Source: Meiothermus sp. (GTDB taxonomy: Bacteria; Deinococcota; Deinococci; Deinococcales; Thermaceae). Taken from it: 64,000 bases of DNA. The DNA is taken from positions 1 to 64,000 of the forward strand of contig JANRLD010000032.1 of NCBI GenBank assembly GCA_033762915.1, written 5' to 3'. The translations under genes were made by a program, and so were the position numbers. The stretch's first letter is position 1. Every line of letters begins with the position of its first letter. Below are positions 38,184 to 48,368 of the stretch, in pieces. The notes below the pieces were generated by a model. The model ran no database searches and was not told where the DNA came from. It worked only from the letters and a program-made list of their open reading frames with translations.

Positions 38184-39617
38184 ATGCGCGAGGTGTTTAT
38201 CAAGACCCCCGGGGGCCACCGCTGGCCGTTCTCCAAGGGGTTGCTGGTGGAGTCCATGATGATGGCCGGGCTCAAGATGGAGCCCGCCATGTCGGTGGCG
38301 CACACCATCGAGGAGCAATTGCGGGGCCGCAAGCGTCCCGAGATCACCGCCCAGGCGCTCAAAAAACTGCTGATCGGCGAGGTGTCCAAGAGTTTCGGCC
38401 CCGAGACCGCCGAGCGCATCCGCGGCCAGACCCAGGCTTTCGAGGACATCGTGGTGAAAGAGGGTTACCGCCGCCGCCCCTTCTCCAAGGGGGTGCTGGC
38501 GCGCAGCCTCGAGGACGCGGGCTTCTCGACCCGGGAGGCCCAGGCCCTGGCGAGGGCCCTCGAGAGCCGCCTGCGCCGCGAGGGCATCAAGAGCCTCGAG
38601 TCCGCCGAACTCGAGCACCGGGTGATGGCCGAGATCGAGGAGCTGTTCGGACGCTCGGCCCGGGTGCGCTACTCCGGCCGGCAGGCGCTGTCGGGCGAAA
38701 TCTTTGTCGAAGAGGGCGAGGGCGAGCCGCGGGTGCCCTTCTCCAAGGGGGTGCTGGCCCAGTCCATCATGGGGGTGGGGCTCTCGCCGGACGCGGCCTA
38801 TCGGCTGGCGCGGGACGTGGAGCGCCGCCTGCGCGAGGGCGGCTCGGCGGTGGTGACGCGGGACTTTCTGCGGCGTATCGTCTCCGAGGAACTGATTGAG
38901 GAGGCGGGCGAGGAGTTGAGCCGCCGCTACTACCTGCTGCGCGGCATCCGCCGCACCACCCGGCCCGTCCACCTCCTTATCGGCGGGGTGGCCGGGGTGG
39001 GGAAGAGCGTGCTGGCCTCGGCGCTGGGCTACCGGCTGGGCATCACCCGGATGCTCTCCACCGACGCGGTGCGTGAGATCCTGCGGGCCACCATCCCGCC
39101 CGACCTGCTCCCCACCCTGCACTCCAGCAGCTTCGACTCCTGGCGGGCGCTGGCCACCCCCAAGGAGGAGGCCGAGCCCGACCCGGCTATCGTGATGCAG
39201 GGCTTTCGCGATCAGGTCTCGAGGGTCGCGGTGGGCCTCCGGGCTATCCAGGAGCGCAGCGCCCAGGAAAAAACCTCACTGATCGTCGAGGGCGTACACG
39301 TGGTACCCGGCTACATGAGCCACCAGCACCAGGGCGACGTGATCCAGATCCCCATGATGCTGATCCTCCAGGACGAGGAGATTCATGTTAACCGCTTCGC
39401 CATCCGCGACCGCGAGACCGGCGGCTCGAGGGGCCGGGGCAGCTATATGCAGTTCTTCCGCGAGATCCGCCTGATCCAGGAGCACCTGCAAGACCTGGCC
39501 CGCAGTTCCGGCATCCCCATCATCCCCGCCGAGAACCTCGACGAGTCCATCGAGAAGGCCCTTGAGGTTATCGTGGATCGCTTGCAGGACGCGTATCTCG
39601 AGGCGGTGCAGAGTTAG
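38184..39617 (+). CDS. 2-phosphoglycerate kinase-like protein with three ATP-cone domains
   Basis: Three PFSKG(L/V)L repeats; P-loop GGVAGVGKS; STDAVREILR; IVEGVH. Confidence 0.85.
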   Translation: MREVFIKTPGGHRWPFSKGLLVESMMMAGLKMEPAMSVAHTIEEQLRGRKRPEITAQALKKLLIGEVSKSFGPETAERIRGQTQAFEDIVVKEGYRRRPFSKGVLARSLEDAGFSTREAQALARALESRLRREGIKSLESAELEHRVMAEIEELFGRSARVRYSGRQALSGEIFVEEGEGEPRVPFSKGVLAQSIMGVGLSPDAAYRLARDVERRLREGGSAVVTRDFLRRIVSEELIEEAGEELSRRYYLLRGIRRTTRPVHLLIGGVAGVGKSVLASALGYRLGITRMLSTDAVREILRATIPPDLLPTLHSSSFDSWRALATPKEEAEPDPAIVMQGFRDQVSRVAVGLRAIQERSAQEKTSLIVEGVHVVPGYMSHQHQGDVIQIPMMLILQDEEIHVNRFAIRDRETGGSRGRGSYMQFFREIRLIQEHLQDLARSSGIPIIPAENLDESIEKALEVIVDRLQDAYLEAVQS

Positions 39618-39854
39618 GGGAGGGGCGGCGAGAGGCAGTTCAGGGCGATGAAGGTATATTCAAAAAAGAAAGCCAAAAGCCACTTCTCCAAAACCGTTGT
39701 CATGCTGAGCGGGTACAGCTTGCGGTAAGGGCCAGAACTTGGCTTGTTGTACGCCAAACATCTACGAAGGGCGAAGGCACGCCAACTCAATGTTGCGATC
39801 AGACCGTCATCGCCAACATTAACTGGGCAACCCTGAGGCTGGGTGCAGACTTTT

Positions 39855-40292
39855 CTACAAACCGCTACAGCCAGTAGGGGCGGTGGGGTTTTGGGTCAGG
39901 CGCCAGGGGCCGCCGCCGGTTTGCTGGGCGGTGTAGTTGATGTGGCGGGGCGACTCGAGGTTGTCGGGGTCGCCCTGGGCCGCGAGGGCGACCTCCACCG
40001 CCAGGCACTGGTCGGGGCTCGCGCCGATCAGGTAGACCTGGCCTTTCTGGGGGATTTCAGCCAAGCCGAAGCCCTCGCTGATGTTCAGCCACTGGTGCAA
40101 CCTCACCCGGACCTGGCAGCCGGCACTTCCCAGGGCTTTGACGCCCAGAACCTGGCCTGTGGCGGTGTAGCGGAGTTCGGCGGGCGGGGCGGGTCTCGAG
40201 GCCGGCTGCGGGCTCGAGCGCGACCACCAGGCCCAGCCCAGCCCGGCCAGCCCGGCTAAACCTGCTGCGAGGATCAGCGCCCGCGTCATCAC
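39855..40292 (-). CDS. Membrane-anchored hypothetical protein
   Basis: N-terminal hydrophobic helix; host codon usage. Confidence 0.65.
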   Translation of the reverse strand: MMTRALILAAGLAGLAGLGWAWWSRSSPQPASRPAPPAELRYTATGQVLGVKALGSAGCQVRVRLHQWLNISEGFGLAEIPQKGQVYLIGASPDQCLAVEVALAAQGDPDNLESPRHINYTAQQTGGGPWRLTQNPTAPTGCSGL

Positions 40293-40354
40293 CCCTAACC
40301 TTAGCGCACTCCGGGGGGCCTGGGGCGTTAGGTGAGGTTAAAGGCGGGGTTTAG

Positions 40355-40975
40355 TTAACGGTTTTCCTCGGGTCTCAATAGCCCCCGCACGACCGATTGC
40401 AACTCGGCCTGGATGGCCCCGGGCTCGAGCGTCCCGTCAACCGTGTGGAACCGCCCGGGCTCGGCCCTGGCGAGTTCAAGGTAGCCGCGCCGCACGTTCT
40501 GATGGAACTCGATCGGCTCACGCTCGAGGCGATCCCGGCTCTGGAAGCGGGCCAGCCCGACCTCGGGCGGCAGGTCGAAGAGGAAGGTTTTGTCGGGCCT
40601 GACCGAGTGGGTTGCGCCTTTGGCGACGGCCTTCAGCCAGTCCAGGCTGAGGCCGCGCCCGTAGCCCTGGTAGGCCAGGCTCGAGTCCAGCCAGCGGTCG
40701 CACAGCACCACCGCGCCGCGCCTTAAGGCCGGCTGGATCAGGGCCGCCATGTGCTCGGCGCGGTCCGCTGAGTACAACAGGTACTCGGCCTCTGCGCTCA
40801 TGGCGTCTTGGTGCAAGAGCAGTTGGCGGATCTCCGCGCCCAGCTTGGTGCCGCCCGGCTCGCGGGTGGTGACGACCTCCTGCCCCTGTTCGCGTAGCCA
40901 CCCGGCCAACAGCCGGGCCTGGGTGGATTTGCCTGCCCCTTCCGGCCCCTCGAGGGTGATGAACAGTCCTGTCAT
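40355..40975 (-). CDS. tmk: Thymidylate kinase
   Basis: EGPEGAGKST, TREPGG and CDRWLDSSLAYQG motifs. Confidence 0.97.
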   Translation of the reverse strand: MTGLFITLEGPEGAGKSTQARLLAGWLREQGQEVVTTREPGGTKLGAEIRQLLLHQDAMSAEAEYLLYSADRAEHMAALIQPALRRGAVVLCDRWLDSSLAYQGYGRGLSLDWLKAVAKGATHSVRPDKTFLFDLPPEVGLARFQSRDRLEREPIEFHQNVRRGYLELARAEPGRFHTVDGTLEPGAIQAELQSVVRGLLRPEENR

Positions 40976-41724
40976 AGGCCGGTAGGGTGGTCCAGAAAGA
41001 CCCAAGGCAGCCCGAACTCGCGCTCCACGCGCTGCGCCAGAGCCCTCACCCCGAAGGTCTCGGTGTTGTAGTGTCTGCCGTAGAGGACGTTAAGGCCCAG
41101 CTCGAAGCCCTCGTGGTAGTGGGCGTGCTCGGCCTCGCCGGTGATGTAGAGGTCGCAGCCCAGCACCCCGGCCAGCCCGATGTCGCCCGCCCCGCCCCCC
41201 GAGACCACCCCCACCCGGCTCACACTGTCCGGGCCGCCCCGGTGGAGGGTTGGGGTCGCCCCCACCAGCCGCCCGAACTGCTCGGTCACCTCGGCCAGCG
41301 GCCTGGGGGCCGGGAACCGCCCCACCCAGCCGACGTTGCCGTACTTGGGGTGGGGGAAAGGCGCCAAGTCCACCAGGCCCAGCTCGGCCGCCATTACCGC
41401 GTTGTTGCCCACCTCCGGGTGGGCGTCCAGGGGCAGGTGGGCGGTGTAAAGCGAGACGCCGTGGGCGAAGAGGGTCTCGAGCCGGCGCTTCTGGTGGCCC
41501 ACGATAGCAAACGGGCTTCCCCAAAACAGCCCGTGGTGGGTGATCAAAAAGTCCACCCCCTGGGCCGCCGCCTTGTCGAAGATGACCTGTGCCGCGTCCA
41601 CCGAGGCCCCGACCTTTGTTACCCGCTCTGCCCCCTCGACCTGCAGGCCGTTGAGCGAGGGGTCGCGGAACTCCCGAACCCTTAGGTACTCGTCCAGCCA
41701 CCGCACCAGCACGTCACGCTGCAT
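40972..41724 (-). CDS. Nif3/YbgI dinuclear metal-centre protein
   Basis: NGLQVEG, THHGLFW, HLPLDAH and HYNTE motifs. Confidence 0.93.
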   Translation of the reverse strand: MQRDVLVRWLDEYLRVREFRDPSLNGLQVEGAERVTKVGASVDAAQVIFDKAAAQGVDFLITHHGLFWGSPFAIVGHQKRRLETLFAHGVSLYTAHLPLDAHPEVGNNAVMAAELGLVDLAPFPHPKYGNVGWVGRFPAPRPLAEVTEQFGRLVGATPTLHRGGPDSVSRVGVVSGGGAGDIGLAGVLGCDLYITGEAEHAHYHEGFELGLNVLYGRHYNTETFGVRALAQRVEREFGLPWVFLDHPTGL

Positions 41725-41830
41725 GGGGGCAGTTTATAGAGGGAGGAGGGAGGAGGGAAGAGGGAGGGTGACACGGCGGGAATCGGCGAGACAACCGCAG
41801 CAACCTTCTTTTCGCGACCTTTTGCCGCCC

Positions 41831-43327
41831 CTACCTGCCTTTGCCCACTTCCACCACTCCCGGCAGGGTGGCGTGGGCTCCGCCCTGGGTGGCGTTGCTC
41901 GAGGTGGTGAGGCGCTTGATGAAGACGTCCACCAAGTTGGGATCGAACTTTCTGCCCTTGAGGCGCTTCAGCTCGGCGATGATCTCGGCGGGCTTCCAGG
42001 CCAGCTTGTAGGGGCGCGTGCTGTAGAGCGCGTCGAACACATCCACAATGGCGAAGATGCGGGCCAGCAGGGGGATCTCCTCGCCCTTCTTGCCGTTGGG
42101 GTAGCCCGAGCCGTCCCAGCTCTCGTGGTGGAAGCGCACCACCTCGAGGGTCTCCTCGGGCAGGAAGGGCACCTTGGAGAGGATCTCGTAGCCCAGGGTG
42201 ACGTGGGTCTTCATGATCTCCCACTCGCGGTCGTCGAGCTTGCCAGGCTTCAGCAAGATGCTGTCGGAGATGGAGAGCTTGCCGATGTCGTGCAGGTAGG
42301 CCCCCCAGCGCAGATACTTACGCTCGCTGGCGCTCAGTCCCAGGTCCTGGGCCAGCTGATCCGACCAGGCCACCACCCGCTTGGTGTGGCCCTGGGTCTC
42401 GTGGTCGCGGTACTCCAGGGCCAGGCCCAAGGCCCGCAGGGTGCCGTCGTAGGCCGCCTCGAGTTCCTTGACGGCCTCCATCTGGCCGAGTTGGGCGCCC
42501 ATTACCCGCGCCAGCGAGTTGGCCATGGCCTTCTCTTCGGGCTCGAAGGGCTGCTGCCCGTCCCGCGCCAGCAGCACCACGCCCAGCGGGCGCTTCTGCC
42601 GGGCCGAGACCGGCACCGCCGCGCTCGACCAGCCCGCGCTTTCGGGGATGCCCTCGAGGTAGCTGCCTACCTGGAAGCTGTCGGAGAGCGAGGCGTGGGC
42701 GCTGAGCTTCTGGGCCGGGAGTTGACGCCCGCGGTAGCGCTCGAAGGCCCCGCGCGCACTCACCACCACCGGCCGGCCGTCGCGGAAGCGGACGAAGGCC
42801 AGGTGGGGGGCCATGCCCAGTTTGAGCAGGGCGCTCATGGCGCTCTCGGTCAGCTCGAGGGGGTCGGCGGCGTTGGAGATTTCCAGGCTGCCCTGCTCGA
42901 GGGACTGCATCTGCCGCAGCGACTGCTCGAGCTCGGCCCTGGTGTCGCGGTCACGCTCGCGCAGGAAGGCCACGAAGCCCAGGGCGATCAGGCCGGGAAA
43001 CAGGGCCACCGAGATGCTCTCCAGGGTCAGGTTGGGGCTGGGCAGAATGAGCTGTACCAGGGTGTAGACCACCAGCACTGGGGCGGCCCGGAACACCCCC
43101 TTGATCCCATCATTCCAGACCCACGGCATCAAAAAAATGAAGCTAAAGGCCTGATAGCTGTCAGGCATCCGCAGGAAGAAGGTGGCGAAGCCCCAAGCAA
43201 CAAACCCGACCAGACCCCAAAGGTTCAGGTTAGTTAATACAGCGTTGGCTCGAGATATTTCCGTCGTATTCACGTCAGCCACGAGTCTAGCATCCGGCCA
43301 CTGTGGCCGTTGGGTAATTTTGCCCAT
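41831..43327 (-). CDS. Membrane GAF + HD-GYP cyclic-dinucleotide phosphodiesterase (start uncertain)
   Basis: TQGHTKRV, LHDIGK and HHESWDGSGYP motifs; N-terminal TM helices. Confidence 0.9.
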   Translation of the reverse strand: MGKITQRPQWPDARLVADVNTTEISRANAVLTNLNLWGLVGFVAWGFATFFLRMPDSYQAFSFIFLMPWVWNDGIKGVFRAAPVLVVYTLVQLILPSPNLTLESISVALFPGLIALGFVAFLRERDRDTRAELEQSLRQMQSLEQGSLEISNAADPLELTESAMSALLKLGMAPHLAFVRFRDGRPVVVSARGAFERYRGRQLPAQKLSAHASLSDSFQVGSYLEGIPESAGWSSAAVPVSARQKRPLGVVLLARDGQQPFEPEEKAMANSLARVMGAQLGQMEAVKELEAAYDGTLRALGLALEYRDHETQGHTKRVVAWSDQLAQDLGLSASERKYLRWGAYLHDIGKLSISDSILLKPGKLDDREWEIMKTHVTLGYEILSKVPFLPEETLEVVRFHHESWDGSGYPNGKKGEEIPLLARIFAIVDVFDALYSTRPYKLAWKPAEIIAELKRLKGRKFDPNLVDVFIKRLTTSSNATQGGAHATLPGVVEVGKGR

Positions 43328-43540
43328 CCCGATGCCGGCCGCGTTACGCCCAACTCTGAGAGCGCTTCCCGCAAGTATTTGTGGAACTGCAATGACAAGG
43401 GACATTGTTCCCTAGGACACACGTCCCCGGAACCCCTCCGTACACTTACAGCCATTAAGGATGAAATCACCGTAGAACACATCCTTAAGCGGTTTAGAAG
43501 GGTGTCTGAGGTGCCGCACATCCCAAAGGGAGGCGCAGTA

Positions 43541-43651
43541 ATGGAAAAAGAGCAGAGACCGGTAGGGGCATTGATGGTGGTCGGGGTGCTGACCATCTTC
43601 ATCCTGGTTTTTTGGTTCGTCCACTTCTTCACCCATATCGCGAGGGGCTGA
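43541..43651 (+). CDS. cbaD: Cytochrome ba3 oxidase subunit IIa
   Basis: MEKEQRPVGALMVVGVLTIFILVFW...ARG, single TM; GGAGG RBS; precedes cbaB. Confidence 0.85.
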   Translation: MEKEQRPVGALMVVGVLTIFILVFWFVHFFTHIARG

Positions 43652-43652
43652 C

Positions 43653-44147
43653 ATGACCAAGGAACCTCACGACAATCACGCCATTCTCGAGCGCTATGAG
43701 CGGCTTTGGATCTACTTCGGCCTGGCGATGGTGACGGTCTTCATCCTGGGCATCGGCTACACCGTGCTCAACTACGGCGGGGCCATCCCGGTGAGCGCCT
43801 CGAGGATTGACGCCACCAAGGTGCGCACCGAGGGCGACTTCGCAAACCCCAGGGTAGAGCAGGTCGGCAGCGAGTTTGTGGTCTACGCCCAGGTATTCGC
43901 CTTCGGCTACCTGCCGGCCGAGATCAAGGTTAAGAAGGGGGCCAAGGTCACCTTCAACATCACCAGCCCCGACGTGCAGCACGGCTTCATGGTCCAGGGC
44001 ACCAACATCAACGTCCAGGTCATTCCCGGCGAGGTGGCGCGGGTCACCCACACCTTCGACCGCGCGGGCGAGTACCTCCTGGTCTGCAACGAGTACTGCG
44101 GCCTGGGCCACGCCAACATGATCAGCAAGGTGATCGTCGAAGAGTGA
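43653..44147 (+). CDS. cbaB: Cytochrome ba3 oxidase subunit II
   Basis: CuA motif DVQHG...CNEYCGLGHANM. Confidence 0.95.
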   Translation: MTKEPHDNHAILERYERLWIYFGLAMVTVFILGIGYTVLNYGGAIPVSASRIDATKVRTEGDFANPRVEQVGSEFVVYAQVFAFGYLPAEIKVKKGAKVTFNITSPDVQHGFMVQGTNINVQVIPGEVARVTHTFDRAGEYLLVCNEYCGLGHANMISKVIVEE

Positions 44148-44253
44148 AGGCGCGGGGGGCGCGAGCTGGTCGGCGTTTGGCCGCCAACTTACTGCCAATC
44201 CCCGATACTTCCCGCTGTTCCCTGTTCCCCCACACCCTACCTCGAGGAGACTT

Positions 44254-45942
44254 ATGGCCGTAAAACCCTTAACCCCCGAGCGCGTGGACGCCTATGCCGA
44301 CGCGCCGGAAAAGAAGCTGACCCTGTACGTGCTGATGCTGGGCTTCATCGCCCTAGCAGTCGGGACGCTGTTCGGGCCGTTCCAGTCGCTCAACTACGGC
44401 GGCATCGACGTGTACAAGTTGCTGGCCCCCTTTATCAAGTCCTACTATCAGGGGCTCTCGCTGCACGGGGTGCTCAACGCCATCGTGTTTACCCAGCTGT
44501 TCGGGCAGGGCGTGATGCTCTACCTCAGCGCCAAGTCCTTCGGGCTGCGGCCCAACATGACCTGGGGCTGGGTGTCGTTCTGGATGGCCCTGGTCGGCCT
44601 GCTCATCGCTGCCGTGCCGCTGCTCCTCAACGAGGCCACCGTCCTCTTCACCTTTTACCCTCCGCTGATGGGCCACCCCGCCTTCTACATCGGCGCGGCC
44701 ATCTTCGTGCTCTCGAGCTGGGTCACGGGCTTCCTGATCCTCGAGATGTTCCTGCGCTTCCGCCGCGAGAACCCCGGCCAAATCACCCCGCTGATGGGCT
44801 ACATGGCCGTCACCTGGGTTTTGATGTGGCTGCTGTGCTCGCTGGGCCTGGTGGTCGAGGTGGCGGTCTTTCTGATCCCCTGGTCGCTGGGGCTGATCGC
44901 CGGGGTTGACCCGCTGCTGGCCCGCACCCTCTTCTGGTTCACCGGCCACCCCATCGTCTACTTCTGGCTGCTGCCGGCCTACGCGCTGGTCTACGCCACC
45001 CTGCCCAAGATTGCGGGCGCGAAGCTGGTCTCCGACCCCCTGACCCGGCTGGTCTTCTTGCTGTTCCTGCTGTTCTCGACCCCGGTCGGCTTCCACCACC
45101 AGTTCGCCGACCCCGGCATCGCCCCCTACTGGAAGCTGATCCACAGCATCCTGACCATGTTTGTGGCGGTGCCCAGCCTAATCACCGCCTTCACCGTGGC
45201 GGCCACCCTTGAGCAGGCCGGTCGTGCCCGCGGCGGCAAGGGCTGGTTCGGCTGGATTCCCGTCCTGCCCTGGAACAACCCCGCCTTCTTCGCCATGACG
45301 CTGGGCATGCTGGCCTTCATCCCCGGCGGCGCGGGCGGGATGGTCAACGCCTCCTACACCCTCAACCAGGGCGTCCACAACACGGTCTGGATCGTCGGCC
45401 ACTTCCACCTGCCGGTCGCCACCACCGTGACCATGATTGCGATGGGGGCCATGTTCTGGCTGGTGCCCCACCTCACCGGCAAGGCCCTGATCTCCAACCG
45501 CCTGGCCATCGCCTCGCAGTTCTTGTGGTTCGTAGGCATGTTCCTGATGACCTTCGCGCTGCACTGGATGGGCTTCCTGTGGGGTATCCCTCGCCGCTCC
45601 CACTTCGCGGGCAGCGAGCAGATGATGGCCGCCTACCGGGGCAGCGAGGCCTGGCAGGTACTCAACATCATCTCCGGGGTAATTCTCTTCGCGGCCGCCA
45701 TCATGTTCTTCTACGTGATCTTCGCCACCGCCCTGGGGGCCAAGCGTGACCGCTCCAGCGCCCCTGAAGTGCCCTTCAGCGAGGCCACCACCAACCCCGC
45801 CAACAGCGGCCTGGCCCTCCTGACCGACCGGGTGTGGTTCTGGTTCGGCATCGCGGTGCTGCTGGTGGTCGCCGCCTATGGCCCGGTGCTGTTCTCAATG
45901 TTCACCAACATCAACCCCGTTCCTGGTCAGCGGCTCTGGTAG
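44254..45942 (+). CDS. cbaA: Cytochrome ba3 oxidase subunit I
   Basis: LHGVLN, GHPIVY, GFHHQF and GHFH motifs. Confidence 0.96.
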   Translation: MAVKPLTPERVDAYADAPEKKLTLYVLMLGFIALAVGTLFGPFQSLNYGGIDVYKLLAPFIKSYYQGLSLHGVLNAIVFTQLFGQGVMLYLSAKSFGLRPNMTWGWVSFWMALVGLLIAAVPLLLNEATVLFTFYPPLMGHPAFYIGAAIFVLSSWVTGFLILEMFLRFRRENPGQITPLMGYMAVTWVLMWLLCSLGLVVEVAVFLIPWSLGLIAGVDPLLARTLFWFTGHPIVYFWLLPAYALVYATLPKIAGAKLVSDPLTRLVFLLFLLFSTPVGFHHQFADPGIAPYWKLIHSILTMFVAVPSLITAFTVAATLEQAGRARGGKGWFGWIPVLPWNNPAFFAMTLGMLAFIPGGAGGMVNASYTLNQGVHNTVWIVGHFHLPVATTVTMIAMGAMFWLVPHLTGKALISNRLAIASQFLWFVGMFLMTFALHWMGFLWGIPRRSHFAGSEQMMAAYRGSEAWQVLNIISGVILFAAAIMFFYVIFATALGAKRDRSSAPEVPFSEATTNPANSGLALLTDRVWFWFGIAVLLVVAAYGPVLFSMFTNINPVPGQRLW

Positions 45943-45990
45943 CCAGCCCTTCGGGACTGGTAGCCAGCCCTTTGGGACTGGTAGCCAGCC
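45936..45990 (+). repeat. 21-bp tandem repeat (~2.6 copies) over the cbaA stop codon
   Basis: CTGGTAGCCAGCCCTT(C/T)GGGA units at 45936, 45957 and 45978 (partial). Confidence 0.9.
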
Positions 45991-46337
45991 GCCCACAGCT
46001 TCACGGTTCCAGCTCGAGTCGGCCCCTCCCTGCCGCTCGAGCTGACCGACTCCCGGTCCCGGTGGGCCGGGAGTTTTTCACGGTTTTTGCCGTCGAGGTG
46101 AGCTATTGGGCGGCGGCTCCTGTTCTGTTCTGGCGCTCGAGGCCGACGATCCGCAGCCGAATGCCTGCGGCGGTCTCGCGCTGCCCCCTGAAACACGTTT
46201 GGGGACAGGATTCCGGCCAAAACCCTAGTGGGCCTTGGCTTACCGTTGTCGGATGACTTCACACGCGGCGGTTCTCCCCTGAGCCCCGGGCAGCAGGGTG
46301 CGCCCAGCCCGCTGTCTTGACGCCCGACTCTGTTTCT

Positions 46338-46367
46338 TCTACACTTGTTTAATGAAACGAGTGTAGA
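46338..46367. promoter_or_regulatory. Probable TetR autoregulatory operator
   Basis: TCTACACTTGTTT-AATG-AAACGAGTGTAGA inverted repeat (1 mismatch). Confidence 0.7.
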
Positions 46368-46389
46368 GGAAACTTAGAATGTGCATAGA

Positions 46390-46944
46390 ATGGGAAGGCC
46401 CCCCAACCCCAAAGCCAAGTCCGACCTTTTGCGGCGAGCCGCTGGCTACGTTCTCGAGCACGGCCTCATCGGCCTTAGCCTGCGCCCCCTTGCTGCTGCC
46501 ATCGGGGTCAGTCCGCGACTACTGCTCTACCACTTCGGCTCCAAGGAGCAACTCATCATCGAGGTGCTGTCCGACATCGCCAGCCAGCAGCACACCGCCC
46601 TCGGTAACCTGGATTCCTCCGCCGACCCCGAGACCCGCTTTGATCTGCTCTGGGCGGCCCTAAGCTCGCCCCAGCTAACCCCCTTTATGCGCACGCTTTT
46701 CGAGGTTGAACTGCGCGCTATGGAGGGTGACCCGCAGTACCGTCAGTTCGCCAGCGGAGTCATCCAGGCCTGGATCGCCCTGGTGGCGGACAGTCTCGAG
46801 GGAGTGCCCAAACCCACAGCAAACTTCGTCCTCAGCACCCTGAGCGGTCTGCTCATCGACCGCTTCGCCACCGGGGACACTGCCCGCACCGACAAAGCAT
46901 TTGCCGCGTTTAAGAAGATGCTCAAGGCCGGAGCGGTGCTGTGA
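46390..46944 (+). CDS. TetR/AcrR family regulator
   Basis: SLRPLAAAIGVSPRLLLYHFGSKEQL helix-turn-helix. Confidence 0.93.
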   Translation: MGRPPNPKAKSDLLRRAAGYVLEHGLIGLSLRPLAAAIGVSPRLLLYHFGSKEQLIIEVLSDIASQQHTALGNLDSSADPETRFDLLWAALSSPQLTPFMRTLFEVELRAMEGDPQYRQFASGVIQAWIALVADSLEGVPKPTANFVLSTLSGLLIDRFATGDTARTDKAFAAFKKMLKAGAVL

Positions 46945-46957
46945 AAATGGAGAACCC

Positions 46958-47413
46958 ATGTCGCACAGTGTTCACAAGTTCTGGCTGAAAGTTGCCGCCG
47001 TTATCGTCGGATCGTTCGGCCCCATCTTTTTTCTGGGCACCATGTTGCCCACCTCCGAGCCTGCCCGCTGGACGCTGGATCTTCTGAGCTGGCCCCTCGA
47101 CGGCGTCCAATCCTTCGCATCCCCCGACACCCGGTTCCTGTCGGCGCTGACGGGCGGATTTCTGCTGGGGTGGGGCGTGACCATCTGGCTGCTTTCGTCG
47201 TGGGTGTACGACCTGGCCCCAGAGGCCGTGCGCCGTGCGGTGTTGATCGGGATTTTGTCGTGGTTCGTGCTGGACAGCGCGGGGTCAATCGCCTCGGGGA
47301 CAGCCCCCAACGCGTTGATCAACATCCTGGTGCTGCTTCTCGCGGTCGGCCCGCTGTGGCGCCCCGCGAGGGACGCGAAAATGGTTGTGGCTCAAACCCC
47401 TACACCTCGCTAA
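46958..47413 (+). CDS. 4-TM membrane protein, function unknown
   Basis: Hydrophobic ORF (WFVLDSAGS); GGAG RBS. Confidence 0.75.
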   Translation: MSHSVHKFWLKVAAVIVGSFGPIFFLGTMLPTSEPARWTLDLLSWPLDGVQSFASPDTRFLSALTGGFLLGWGVTIWLLSSWVYDLAPEAVRRAVLIGILSWFVLDSAGSIASGTAPNALINILVLLLAVGPLWRPARDAKMVVAQTPTPR

Positions 47414-47502
47414 GCGTCTGTATATCTGGCGAAATGTCGCCCGCAAGCCACTCCGCCCGGGCACGTGTTTGCCGATTCCGCACTTCCACCCTGGCGCAAT
47501 TC
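47410..47502 (+). repeat. Short copy of the dispersed repeat
   Basis: CTAAGCGTCTG...GCGAAATGTCGCCCGC...GCCACTCCGCCC...CACTTCCACCCTGGCGCAATT. Confidence 0.8.
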
Positions 47503-47649
47503 AGAGCGGTTCCCACGAATCTCCCTACAGTCGTTTTTGCTGTGGCTAAATCACCGGCCGCCCGTGAGGGTGCGCCCGGCACCCCGGCGAGGCCAGTACT
47601 CAGCGAGGGCGATGATCGTGCGGGAACGCGGTAAACAGGAGACTTTTCA

Positions 47650-48051
47650 ATGACCAAGACTGCCTCGAGACCGCCCTTGGCTGCCCTTTTGTCTGTCGGC
47701 TTTGCCATCTGGCTGGGCTTTACCGTGATTGTGCGGCTGGTAGGGCAATGGGTATTTGTGCCCGATCAACCGCTCATCACAATCCTGGTGTTCGCCGTTT
47801 TCATCCCGGTTCAGTTCTATCTGGTGCGACTCCTGCTCGACGTATTCAAGGTCGAACCCCGGCAGCGTCTATGGGCGGCAACCTGGATGTTGTTGTTGCC
47901 GCTGCTGTTGGACGGCCCCAGCATCGCGTTGGCGGGTCTGTTGTTCCCCAATCTGTCTGCAGAAGCCGCCTTGCTTTACGGTGGATTGTTGCTGACCCTC
48001 TATGCAGTCGGGTTTTGGAGCGCCTTGACCTACTCGAGTGACCGACCATAG
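47650..48051 (+). CDS. DUF5367-like membrane protein
   Basis: 4 TM segments; GFAIW...LLDG...FPNL pattern. Confidence 0.6.
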   Translation: MTKTASRPPLAALLSVGFAIWLGFTVIVRLVGQWVFVPDQPLITILVFAVFIPVQFYLVRLLLDVFKVEPRQRLWAATWMLLLPLLLDGPSIALAGLLFPNLSAEAALLYGGLLLTLYAVGFWSALTYSSDRP

Positions 48052-48105
48052 TCACAAGTTGCGCCATAGTGACCGCGGTTCTCGCGAATACCCGATACGG
48101 GAGTG

Positions 48106-48171
48106 CCCTGAGCCTGTCGAAGGGAATGCCGGAGGAGCAGCACCGCTAAGGGTTGGCTTCGAGGGCCTCAG
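48106..48171. repeat. REP-like palindromic element
   Basis: CCCTGAGCCTGTCGAAG...CTTCGAGGGCCTCAG imperfect inverted pair. Confidence 0.55.
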
Positions 48172-48368
48172 CCAACGCCACATGTAGTGAATAAAGCCGG
48201 GAAGCGCTGTCAGACACCGATTCTTTGCATGAAACGAGGTTTGTGGAATGACCTCGAGTTCCACAACCCAGCCGGTGTGTTGATGTGAACAACGCACCCG
48301 ACAAAAAACCCCGCTCGAGTCAGCGGGGTAATACTTTTTGCTCTTTGCTTCCCGCCACCCGCTACTCG

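Noticed and set aside
45936..45990. 21-bp direct repeats as a CRISPR array
   Set aside because: Contiguous tandem copies with no spacers and no cas genes; a local duplication of the cbaA stop region.
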